Below, one piece after another: positions 14,086-25,857 of a DNA stretch of 64,000 nucleotides (position 1 is the first letter of the stretch; every line of letters starts with the position of its first letter). The stretch is from Mobula hypostoma (taxonomy: Eukaryota). Where the stretch lies: contig NC_086097.1 in the NCBI RefSeq assembly GCF_963921235.1, positions 226,426,001-226,490,000 of the forward strand, written 5' to 3'. The notes under the pieces were generated by a model. That model made no database searches. It was not told the DNA's origin and saw only the letters and a program-made list of their open reading frames with translations. The translations under genes were made by a program, and so were the position numbers.

Positions 14086-14529
14086 TTTTTGCTCAATGGC
14101 CCTTCGTCTGAACACCTTAATATTCCCCTCATTGCCTTGATATCGTTTCCTACATCCCATTTTGTATTCTCATTTGCGTAATGATGAAGGACAGTCATTG
14201 ATTTGAATTGTTGATTCTGTTTAACACTCAACAGATGCTGCCTGGCCTGCTTAATAGTTGTAGCCTTTTCTGTTTTTATTTCACATTCCTAGGTTCTGCA
14301 GTTGTCTTTTTACTTCAAGTGAGAACTGGGGGAGAATGGCAATTTCCTTTTTAAATGAGAAACGTTGAGGACTGGCAAGAAAACATTTGACTTCCAGAGC
14401 AAGTGATGAGAGCCTTGAGTACTTTTGCATTAAGGCCCTAATATACTCAGCTGCTACATTAGGCAGCCCATGTTGTTTACATGTCCAAATACCAGAGAAA
14501 AAGCACTCTAGAACAGAACTCCATGGACA

Positions 14530-17020
14530 GAGCCGATTGCATCACCTCTGATCTGGGCCGACAATTACATGCCAGGCAGTACCGAATTAATTAGCATGTT
14601 TATTTCGGCTTTTTTCTTAAAGATGTGCTGTGTGTCTCCTGCCTACCGCTGCATTCTCCATGAATCGGTATCTGTCCGTGGCGTGGGGGTTGGGGTGGTG
14701 GGACACTAGGGTGTCATCTCATCATCGTCTGTTTCCATTAGAGCAGGCAGCTCATCTTCTCCTATGACTGCCCACCTCAATGTCGAAGGTCGATGTTTGT
14801 CGTCTGCTGTGGCTGATGTGGAAGGCTTGCTTGACTGCTGAGCCTCACGCATTTTTCTATCATACAGTTCTTTGTAAGCACTCAAACCATCCTGCAAATA
14901 TCCCCTAAACCTACGTACCCTTTCAAAATTAAAGTCGTACTTTATCATTACTCATTTGGTTTCGATTGTTATCCTTTCCTCTTCCAATTGCATCAGCTCT
15001 TCATCTGTCAGTTCTTGGTCATGGGACGCCAAAACCTCTTCAACATCATCTTCGTCAGCTTCCACAATCCAAACTCACTTAGTCCTTACTTCGTTCACCA
15101 CGATCAAAACACTTAATTATGTCTAGTTTTACGCTAAATGTAACACCCTTACGAGCTCTTTCAGGCTTTTCCAATACCTTAGAACTCATCTTGCTAATGG
15201 CTGCTCACAGGCATGTGTTTAAGCAATGCCGGCGAGAATGCAGTTCCGAATCCAGGGGAGGAGTGTGGCTGCTCGGGGCGCACGCTGCCTTTTATCGTCC
15301 GCTGATTTTTTTCGTGCACTGCATTTTTTGTAACGGTGAAAACACCTTCTGTTAGCAAAAACAGGGTACAGATTTCCCCCGCCATCTGAAGGTAAAGCGT
15401 TCCTATAAAACGGTTTGTAAGCCGGAACATCGTAAAGCGAAGAAGCAATTACCATTTATTTATATGGGAAAATTTTGTGAGCATTTGCAGACCCAAAAAT
15501 AACCCACCAAATCATGCCAAATAACACATAAAACCTAAAATAACAGTAATATATAGTAAAAGCAGGAATGATATGATAAGTACACAGCCTATATAAAGTA
15601 GAAATACTTTTCCACAATCATTGCCTGCACTGTTGTCCGTAGCAAAAATCTCACGCAAGCACCGTTGGCAGAAAATCTCACGAAAGCGCTGTTTGCAAAA
15701 ACATGGCGCAAGTGCTGTTGCCAGAAAATCTCACGCAAGCGCTGTTGGCAAAAACACGGCGCAAGCGCTCTCCAGTAACCTTTAAGCTATGAAGCTGCCA
15801 AATCATACCAAATAACACATAAAAATACACAGCCTATATAAAGTAGAAATAATGTATGTACAGTGTAGTATCACTTATGGGAATTGGGAAGACAGTTAGC
15901 CGAGCACACTGATGATGGTGTGTTAGACTGAGTCGTCGGAGTTTGGGTGGTGCAGTGGCCCCCACCCTCCAGGCAGTGAACCGATACCAATCCGTGAAGC
16001 ATGCAACGGTGCAGCAGTAGCCGGGAGGCACACAGCACATCTTTAAGAAAAAAACATGCTAATTAATTAGGTGCCACCCGACACATAATTGTCGGCCCAG
16101 ACCAGAGGCAACGCGCTTAGATGTGCTGTGTGCATCCCGGCTACCACTGCATTCTCCGCAAATCGGTATCTGTCCGCCGCCTGGGTGTTGGGGTGGTGGG
16201 AAACTGAGGTGTCATCTTGTCATCTGTTTCCATTAGGGCAGGTAGCTCATCTTCTCCTATGACTGCCCGCCTCGATGTCGAAGGTCGAGGTTCGTCGTCT
16301 GCTGTGGCTGATGTGGAAGGCTTGCTTGACTGCTGAGCCTCGCGCATTTTTCTATCATACAGTTCTTTGTAAGCACTCAAACCATCCTGCAAATACCCCC
16401 TAAACCTACGTACCCTTTCAAAATTAAAGTCGTACTTTATCATTGCAGCAAAAATCTCACGCAGTTGCTTCACGTTCAGTTTGCTACTGCATTCGGTTTC
16501 GATTGGTATCCTTTCCTCTTCCAATTGCATCAGCTCTTCATCTATCAGTTCTTGGTCATGGGATGCCAAAACCTCTTCAACATCATCTTCGTCAGCTTCC
16601 ACAAGCCAAACTCACTTTGTCCTTACTTGTTCACCACGATCAAAACGCTTAATTATGTCTAGTTTTACGCTAAGTGTAACACCCTTACGAGCTCTTTTAG
16701 GCTTTTCCGATACCTTAGAACTCATCTTACTAATGGCTGCTCACAGGCACGTGTTTAAGCAATGCCGGCGAGAATGCCATTCCGAATCTGGGAGAGAGCG
16801 GCTGCTCGGGGCACGCGCTGCCTTTTATCGCGCGCTGATTTTTTTTGTAACAATGAAAACACCTTCTGTTAGAGAAAACAGGGAACTAATGTAGGTCTTT
16901 CATAACAGTGAGGTTTCATAAAGCGAACGTTCAAAAAGCGGGGGACACCTGTATTAATGTAGGTCTTTCATAACAGTGAGGTTTCGTAAAGTGAATGTTC
17001 GAAAAGTGGGGGACACCTAT
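14530..17020 (-). mobile_element. rearranged Tigger/pogo-type DNA transposon relic with duplicated transposase C-terminus
   Basis: ORF 16141..16602 'EADEDDVEEVLASHDQELIDEELMQLEEER...YKELYDRK' resembles Tigger1/TIGD1-type C-termini and is duplicated at ~14700-15070; terminus reads TA-CAGGTGTCCCCCGC on - strand at ~16938-16953, repeated at ~17005-17020. Confidence 0.7.
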
Positions 17021-17269
17021 ATTGCTTTGCACTGCTGTAACTATATGTTATAATTATGTGGTTTTGTCAGTGTTAGTCTTTGGTCTGTCTTGTTTTCTGT
17101 GATATCACTCCAGAGAAACATTGTATCATTTCTTAATGCATGTATGTATTTCTAAATGACAATAAAAGAGGACTGAGTGTTCTCATAATCTAATCTAAAA
17201 GAAGTATTTGAAGAAATGCAATATTCCAATTAGCTCCTGGGAATATCTCAACCATTCATACTTACTACT

Positions 17270-17583
17270 TAATACTTAATGTCTGTCTGTCTGTCTAGGT
17301 ACCATATCTGATGCGGACTTTGGTGACCATGGTTTTCCATATTGATCTATCCTTCGTTTTTTGGATAACTTCCATTTCCTCGATGTGTAGCCACCTGGCT
17401 AATCTTTGATGTACATAAGCTGAGGTCTTCCTCTAGGTTTACTCCCCTCAATCTTTCCAGAGTGTATGAGCTTTTCTAGTTCATCTTTCTGCATGATATG
17501 TCCTAGGAATCTGAGTTATCTTTCTCCTATTGTTGGTATGAGTGATCGAACTGCTTGGGCTCTTCTGAGAACTTCTTCATTTG

Positions 17584-17625
<42 letters not shown>

Positions 17626-17790
17626 TCCAAGATATCTTTAACATTCTCCTGTAGAACCATAATTCAGCTGTTTCTAGTCTCTTTTCCATTGCTGGAGAAA
17701 TGGTCCAGCATTCACTTCCATAAGTCAGGATAGAATAAATGTAGCACTGCAGTATTCTGTTTTTAGTGTACGTGCTCATCTTTTAGGGGT
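17270..17790 (-). mobile_element. RTE-clade LINE 3' fragment
   Basis: 'ILQCYIYSILTYGSECWTIS...ELWFYRRMLKISWT...SNEEVLRR' is an RTE ORF C-terminal signature. Confidence 0.85.
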
Positions 17791-17811
17791 CGTGCGGTCC
17801 ACTACTCCTTC

Positions 17812-18985
17812 TGAATACTTAATACTTTACTTTACTGTCGCCAAACAATTGATACTAGTGCGTACAATCATCACAGCGATATTTGATTCTGAGCTTCACG
17901 CTCCCTGGAGTACAAATCAATAGTAAATAGTAAAAATTTAAATTATAAATCATAAATAGAAAATAGGAAAGGGAAAGTAAGGCAGTGCAAAAACCAGAGG
18001 CAGGTCCGGATATTTGGAAGGTGCATCCCAGATCCGGGTCAGGATACGTTCAGCAGTCTTATCACAGTTGGAAAGAAGCTGTTCCCAAATCTGGCCGTAC
18101 AAGTCTTCAAGCTCCTGAGCCTTCTCCCGGAGGGCAGAGGGACGAAAAGTGTGTTGGCTGGGTGGGTCGTGTCCTTGATTATTCTGGCAGCACTGCTCCA
18201 ATAGCGTGCGGTGTAAAGTGAGTACAAGGACGGAAGATTGGTTTGTGTGATGTGCTGGGCTGTGTTCATGATCTTCTGCAGCTTCTTCCCGTCTTGGACA
18301 GGACAACTTCCATACCAGGTTGTGATGCACCCTAGAAGGATTCTTTCTACGGTGCTTCTATAAAAATTAGTGAGAGTTTTAGGGGACAGGCCAAATTTCT
18401 TTAGTTTTCTCGGGAAGTAAAGGCGCTGGTGGGCCTTCTTGGCAGTGGACTCTGCTTGGTTGGACCAAGTCAGGTCATTTGTGATATTTACCCCAAGGAA
18501 CTTAGAGCTTTTGACCTGTTCCATTTACGCACCACCAATGTAAATGGGGTCGTGTGGTCCGCTACCTCTTCTGAAGTCAACAACCAATTCCTTTGTCTTA
18601 CTGATGTTGAGGGATAGGTTATTGTCTTCGCACCATGCCACCAGGTTCTTAATTTTCTCTCTGTACTCAGACTCATCATTACCTGAGATACGGCCTACAA
18701 TTGTGGCAAACTTATATATTGAGTTTGATGGAAATTTGGCTACACAATCATGGGTGTACAGTGAGTACAGCAGGGGGCTGAGTACACAGCCTTGTGCGGC
18801 ACCAGTGCTCAGAGCGATTGTAGAGGAGAGCTTGTCCCCTATTTTTACAGCCTGGGTCCTGTCTGTGAGGAAGTTGAAGATCCAGCTGCAGATCTGAGTG
18901 CTGAGGCCCAGGTACCGGAGCTTAGGAATCAGTTTATTTGGAATGATGGCATTAAAGGCAGAGCTGTAGTCATAGAGGAGAAGGT
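17812..18985 (-). mobile_element. relatively young Rex1/Babar-type LINE, 5'-truncated
   Basis: ORFs 18525..19034 and 18039..18524 are contiguous in one frame with one stop; 'GCVLSPLLYSLYTHDC', 'KFLGVNITNDLTWS', 'PLPSGRRLRSL'. Confidence 0.9.
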
Positions 18986-19377
18986 GCATTTCAGATGATA
19001 TTGAATATCTCGAGCCCATGAAGATGGAGTACAAGTGGTAAATGAAGTCACAACCAAATTGCCCACCTACCCAGCCTGTTTGTCACCTCCTGCCCCATCT
19101 GAGAATAGTCTATTCCTAGAACTCACTCATTAGCCGCCTCAGAGTCCACAATAGCTAAAAGTGAAACCAGGTCATCCTTGATCCCAAAAAACAGGAATAA
19201 AATAAGTTTACATTTGTTTAAACACTTCAGGATACAAAAGCATAAATAAACCACCAACTACTCATCAAAACTGGGGAAGGGACGTAAATATAACCTCACC
19301 AATGTTGCCACATCAGAAGAACATCATTTGATGTCTTATTTTTACCTGTGATATGTCTTCCAAAAATATAACCAACA

Positions 19378-19487
19378 TGAACCCACACAGAATGCTAGAG
19401 GAACTCTACAGGTCAGGCAGCATCTTTGAAGGGGAGTAAACAGTCAACTTTTTGGGCTGAGATCCTTCATCGGGACTGGAAAGGAAC
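19378..19487 (-). mobile_element. decayed Penelope-type terminal repeat remnant
   Basis: 'atgctagaggaactctacaggtcaggcagcatct...cagtcaactttttgggctgagatccttcatcgggactgg' is colinear with the palindromic-element arm. Confidence 0.6.
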
Positions 19488-20116
19488 ATTAGTTGGAGGA
19501 GCTCTTTAAGGCTCTAGTTATTATATTTGAAGAAATGTAAATTGGAGTAATCCTGATAATTCTATGCGATATTTAAAAAGAAGCTTTTTAACTTCGGTTT
19601 CTTCTTCAGTTTGGTTTCTTAATAGTTGCGTAATTTGAAATATTAAGAGGTTAATGTGCCTTCATGGCTTTCATTATATAAATGAGAATTCAAAGGGGAT
19701 GTTGGAAAAGACACTAAGGGAGTCCTTCACCTGGCATTGAGGGAAATAATAAAATGTTCTTTTATTCATAGTATAAAGCCTTTATAATTTGCTCCTGTAA
19801 TGTATTTTGTATTCATGATTCTCCTTTGTGACATTCATGTATTCATGTCCTACATAAATAAATCTTATGCCTCAAAAAAAGCTAAACTATTTTAAAAGGA
19901 TATTTATGAAAACATCAGGAATTTTAATGCAGAATTACAAATATATTGAATGCATAAAATTATGCATTTAATAGATGACTGGCAGCGAGTTGTCAGACAA
20001 TAATACAACTGAGCCATTTTGATGATACCATAAATTGAAAAGAGAAGCATGAACGGCTGATAAGTGTCAGCCAACTCTGGGTTGGATTCCTATCCATAGC
20101 TGGGATTGGATTGAAA

Positions 20117-20491
20117 CTACACTTCAATTTGTCCCTCTGACCCTATGGCATCTTTGGGTGCAATTAATTTTAATACCGAGTGTAGGTTTTGTGTGCTATT
20201 TGTGCCATTTCTATGCAGTTCGCCCTCAGAGGTGGAAGATTGGTCGCAAGGTTGGAAGGGATTCAAGTTCTGTTTATTACAGCATTGTGAAGTGGTACCT
20301 TCAAAGTTATCTAAGAAACTGAAGCACGGAAAGCCTGGCAGGACTTTAGAAGATTCAGAACCTCCAGGTTTGGACATAGAGATTTTATCGGTCTGAAATG
20401 GAACAGAGTCCAGGTATTTGGAAGAAGGGAGGAGGACAAACACTGAGTGTCCAGTTGACTGTGAATGCCAGCCTCTCCAATCACTGCTCAG
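20117..20491 (-). CDS. possible terminal coding exon, unknown product
   Basis: Acceptor-like ttttcaatag followed by 124 open codons (LSSDWRGWHSQ...GSEGQIEV*) in non-repetitive DNA; no recognised domain. Confidence 0.15.
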   Translation of the reverse strand: MSSDWRGWHSQSTGHSVFVLLPSSKYLDSVPFQTDKISMSKPGGSESSKVLPGFPCFSFLDNFEGTTSQCCNKQNLNPFQPCDQSSTSEGELHRNGTNSTQNLHSVLKLIAPKDAIGSEGQIEV

Positions 20492-23400
20492 CTATTGAAA
20501 ATACTAAAATATCGTCAGTGACCTCACAAGGTTAGCTGTAGTAAGCGAAGAAAACTACCACTACCTACCTTACTATTCTTGATTGAATCTCAGGAATTTA
20601 TTTATTAAGAAAAGGATATTTATCAAGCATCAAACATGATTACAAGCATTGGGGATATTAATGAGATTTTGACCCTAACCAGAAACTGGATAACAGACAG
20701 TTAAATAACTTCGGATGTTTACCTAATGGACCAGCTGAGTGCTGAAATTGTGTTTTAACCTGAGCAGGACCCCACCCAAAGGTGAATGGATCTTTTCATT
20801 TGCAAGAGAATCTTCAGGACTCGGGTACGATTTTAAATAAGAGACCCAATTGGAAAGTTTGAATGAGTTCACTCCAGTGAGGAGGACTGGCGCCCAGAAA
20901 ATGCAATAAAAGGTTAATGTAAAAATTTAATTTAAGAAGTCAGCATATTTTGAACCTTTCTCTGTCCAACCAAAAGCAGTAGAAGAGCTCTTTCTGGCCA
21001 CAGAAAGAATTTTTTTTTAAATTTCACTGTTCCCAAGAAACCACACACCCATGGTCACTGGATGCTGATTGGCTGGAATGACTGCCAATCAACCCCTTTA
21101 CTTGCTGCAGCAGCAGGTCATCACGGTGCTCTGTGATGTTCTTACATTTCCTTTATAACTCATATGTGAATTGGATGGGAATTGTGTTTTTAACAAGCTG
21201 CCTTTATTGTGGGCTTAATTGGGGTGTAAAAACTTTCCGGGATGTAAAGCAAAGAGTTTAAGTTAAGGTTAAAATTAGTCCCTATATTTCAATGGACAAA
21301 ACAAGTTACAAGAAGTACTGTACAGAACAAAAAAAAGGCCGTACATTGGTTTCTGCAGACTGAGGAATTGCTAGTATTGATTTTAGAAGCACTAATTGAT
21401 CTGAAACAGGTTGGGAAGTGAACAAGAGAATCAGTTAAAGAATGAATCAACAATGGAAGCCTTGGTACTTATGAAGAGAGCAAAGTGTCCATTTATGTTT
21501 AGAAGGAAGACCATAATAACAGGAACTGTATTGTAGTGGGAATGATTCAAGTGCTTCTTAAGTGATGGTGTATGCCATAAGCTTAGCTCACTAATAATTC
21601 TCAACTGGCAAAGACCATGCAATGACTTCTTGAAGTAAATACTCAGCCACTATTCATTCCGTTAGCTCTGCGTAATGACCGTCCTCCTCCAAAGTTCATA
21701 GTGAGTCACAAGATTCACTGAGGGTGGGTAAGCTAAAAGTACCAGATATTCAGATGACTTGTGCTCTACTCCTAGATCAGTCACGGGTGCAAAGCACATT
21801 TCTGGAATATGATCTGGCTAATGATAAGCCTCACCGGGACAGAGCATCAGAGAGCCAGAGGTTAGCATATCATAGGAAGCCACTGAGGGATATCAGCTGT
21901 TTCTCCAGAGGGTGCCGCTGAACTCCAATCATCTTTATAGATGGTTGCTCTACGCTAAAATTGTGATGCTGCAGTGAAAGGAAAGAAATTTAAAGAATAT
22001 TGGTAAATCCCTGACTACTGGATTTCATGTACATGAAGTGGTTAATGTGTTTGACACTCACTGTGGAGAGACAGTGTAAAAACTCTTTCCTGTGAGGAAT
22101 TTAGTCGTGTTTGCGAGAAAGCACGTTCGTTGGGAAGGGTACGGCTGGTAGCAAGTTGCACCTGAGGAGCTTGTGACATTGTACTAAAGTTGACTGTTTT
22201 CAACGTGAGCAATGTTGACAAACAATATATCCATCATTTGAGTATTGTTGACTGATGGTCTGGCATGCACATGTCCTCCAGTGCACTCTGAGAGCAGTCA
22301 GTGCCATAAGACCTGATGGCGGTCACAACTTTGAGAGCATTTGGGTCAATTGTAAAGGAAGAGCGCCAATTTTAGGGAAAGACTATGGAACCGTTCTTCC
22401 ATGAATTCACAGAACTGCAGTCTCATTTATCAGAACCTTTGACAGGGTCATGAAATGAAGGTTATGACCTCTAAATACAGAGTTGTGGGCCTGAATCCAC
22501 AAATGTCCCCATATCAGCCTGGCCTTCCTCAGTTCATCCAATTCTTATTCCCCCAGTAGGGAACTGACTCCCCTAAGAGAAACATATTAAGACAGTCATA
22601 TCTACCTCAATATGTTCCCTTGGGGAATACAATCAGGGTTTCCAATTTTGTAAGATAATAAGGAATCAGCAGTCAGTTTGATATTTTGATATTCCCCTTG
22701 ATTTTTGTTCCACTGACATCAGTATTCAGCAGCAAAATAATTAAAGAATACTCAGAAGACAGTCTTACAATTTAATTCCACCTATTTCAAGTTACCAAAC
22801 AACTATGAACATCTTCCTTATGCCTGTATTCATTTTGTCAGATCAAAGGACGAAGAGTGGTAATTCACTATTAGACAGTCTTTGAGGATTTAAATATAGG
22901 TTGTAACTAACAGGTGACTTATCGCTGAGCCAGGTGTCAACGGTACATTTGGAAGTACATGGTGATGTGGTTCTTAAGGGCAGTAATTTACTGAGAAGTC
23001 TATCTGTTCAATTTAATCTTTCCAAAATTAGACAGAAACAAGTGGGGGAAAATAGGTCTTACTGAATTACCCTTTAAATTAACTGTCATATATCTTTTCT
23101 TCTACATAAGTGCTTTAAGCTTTATCATATGTACTGACTGTTAGTTGCTGGTAGACAACTATTTACCTAAAGTTCATGTAATAACCATTAGTCTTTCACT
23201 ACAGACAAACTAGGCATCAGTTCCATGGCATAGCTGGCTCCCCGATAACCATCATAATGTTTGCACTTGGGAGAATGTGTGGTCTTGGCAGGAGATTGGG
23301 GCTGAGAGGAAAAACGGATCAGCCACGATGAAATGGCAAAGTTGACTCGATGGAACAAGTGGCCTTTTACTGCTCCTATATCATATGGTCATATGGTCTT

Positions 23401-23684
23401 ATGGTCTGCAAAAAAGAAGAAACAACTTAAAATAACTACCCTTAACATCACACTATTGAGGAAAAATGCATTTATTAACGATTTGTATCATGAGGATCCA
23501 AAAGATAAAAACCATTTGAGTTTTACTGTTTTAGTGTTACTATCCTTTCTGAACTGCATAATATTGCTGTAATCTAATCATTCACAGGTATCAATTAATA
23601 TTTTATTTATTTATTTAGAGATACAGTAAAGTATTTCATACAGTATACATTCCTTGGACATTAAATGCACCTATTGAAACCTTT

Positions 23685-23905
23685 TGAATAGGCCTTTCCA
23701 GTCCAATGAGCTGCACTGCCTAGCAACACACCTATTTAACCCTAGCCTTGTCACAGGACAATTTACAATGACCAGTTAACCTACTAACTGGTACGTCTTC
23801 GGACTGTAAGCACCAGAAGAAGCCCACGCATATTGTGGGGAGGACATGTAAACTCCTCATAGAGGAAGCTGGAATTGAACTCTGATGTCCGACACCCTGA
23901 ACTGT
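23685..23905 (-). mobile_element. V-SINE-like element
   Basis: - strand reads gagttcaattccagc...gagtttacatgtcctcccc...tgcgtggg, a B-box-like motif followed by a V-core-like motif. Confidence 0.55.
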
Positions 23906-25334
23906 GCAGATACTTTATTTTATTCTGCTGATGTCATGATACGGTGGGTGTGATGAAAGTGGAAGGAAGAGTATTAAAAGTGTGAATGATGTGGAAACCA
24001 AGTATGTACAGATCACATGACTATTGCAATGCAGATTTTCCCTGAAATTATATTGTAAATCCATCAATGAATACCTGGATGACAAGGTCTAATTGCCTAA
24101 CAGTAACATTATCAATAGATTTTCATGTAGGCTATAGAGAAAGCCTCCAATGATTTATAATCATGATTTGACCTCCGATAATTTATAATCACATTTGAAC
24201 CACACAAGTTTTCTGCATCAAAACTACAATGTTTAAAATATCATCATATAAATGAATTTGGCTATCCTGGTCAAATTTGGTTGTGGTTATGAGTTTTATA
24301 ACTTACAAGTGTCAGAGCAAAGCCTATGGTCAGTGTACCTGGTGAAACCATACTATAGAAAAAATTACTGTGGTAAATTCTTTTCAGGATTATTGAATGC
24401 TAATCAATAGTTGACAGAAGATAAAGTAGTGTGTTTATATTATATCATCATTAAATGCACGTGTGCCCTCTTTTCATCGGTAAATTTCCAATGGATTTTG
24501 TGCAATTTTATGCCTTATAACCTAATGAGTTTTTTCTAAGCCAATGGTGACACTTACTTCAGTAAAAGCAATGAGGGAGGGTGAGTGGGTTTGTGAACAG
24601 GTCGAGCACTAAAATTGACAAAGTTGAAAGCCCAGCCCCAGCTTTGGGACCAAATATATAACTATTGGAGGGAAGTCAGTAAAGTTGGTTGTTCAGGTTG
24701 CCAAACTTCCCAGGTGCACAATGCATTTTGCAGCTAAGATCAAATCAGCATGTGCGGCTTGCGGTGTCTGACTAAAAACTGATGGAATAAAACTCTAAAT
24801 GTATATCACAAAAATACTTATCTTTCTTTCATTGTGCAATAAATGCAGGTGATTTTTTTCCTTTTGCAAATTCTGGTCTATATTTTTCCCCATCTGCCAC
24901 TTCCATATAGTAAAACCCTGTAGCTTCAATGACTGAGGCAGCTCTGATCTCAGTTAAGACTTTGGAGCCAATGGGAGCTGTCCCACTGACCATTCTACTT
25001 GCATGAGGGCAGACGCTGCTACCAGGAGCTGACTCCAACAATAGGACACCAAGCAACTTATGGGCATGGTCACTGAGTGGAGAAGAGAACTGGAAAAACG
25101 AAAAATCCGTTTTAATTCCCCCAGTAACCATCATGCCTCTTGTGACCTTCTGCACAACATAGATACAATAGCAGGTTATGTTACTGGTGTTCAGCATGCA
25201 GAGGTCTGGTCTGTTGATCTGGAGACATGAGTTTCAATCCCACCTTGGCAGCTAGGGGAACTAAATTCAACTAATTAAATAAATACCAACTGGAAATTAA
25301 CAAGCATTATGTTGCTAAGAAAGAATGTGCTGGA

Positions 25335-25555
25335 GGAATTTCTTTAGCTGGGGGAAGTGAATCTGTGGAATTCATTGCCACATTCGGCTGCGGAGGCCAA
25401 GCCATTGAGTATATTTAAAGCGGAGGAGAACGGGATTGAGGATAATAAATCAGCCAGGATGGAATCGCAGAGCAGACTTGAGTGCCCAAGTCATTCTTGA
25501 TGGGCTGAGTGGCCAAATTCTGCTCCTATAGTATGTTTTATGGTTTTATGGTCAT
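25335..25555 (+). mobile_element. CR1 3' end fragment
   Basis: 'gtgaatctgtggaattcattgccaca...gaggccaagccattgagtatatttaaagcggag' and 'gggctgagtggccaaattctgctccta'. Confidence 0.7.
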
Positions 25556-25857
25556 AAAAAACGTAAGATTGTAGCATTTTTATAATAAATGTAGAAATTC
25601 TGAATACAAAGCCCATAGGTAATCATTTTATTTGATGTAAGTCATAAACTTGATCATTTTGGTACACCTACTGAATGATGATGTAATTATTTATTTTAAA
25701 ATAATAGCCCATCTCACTGTGTTAGTTGAAGAGAGATCCACGAGATCCAAGAAGAAATAATGCAATGAGATTAATCAATGAGAGCTTTAAAGATAAAAAC
25801 TATTTTTTATTGAGAGGGAATTGCATATATCTGTCCTTAAGAAGCACAGATTACATT

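Noticed and set aside
13090..14231. 190-aa and 194-aa ORFs as host genes
   Set aside because: Frameshifted pieces of Rex1-type LINE ORF2 running into flanking sequence
15645..15770. ~29-bp repeats superficially like a CRISPR array
   Set aside because: Head-to-tail tandem units without unique spacers, inside a eukaryotic transposon, with no cas genes
16141..16602. Domesticated TIGD/CENP-B-like host gene
   Set aside because: Only a C-terminal fragment, no DDE or HTH domain, duplicated and embedded in rearranged transposon DNA
24829..25197. 122-aa ORF as a coding exon
   Set aside because: No recognisable domain, no supporting neighbouring exons, and adjacent to a SINE remnant
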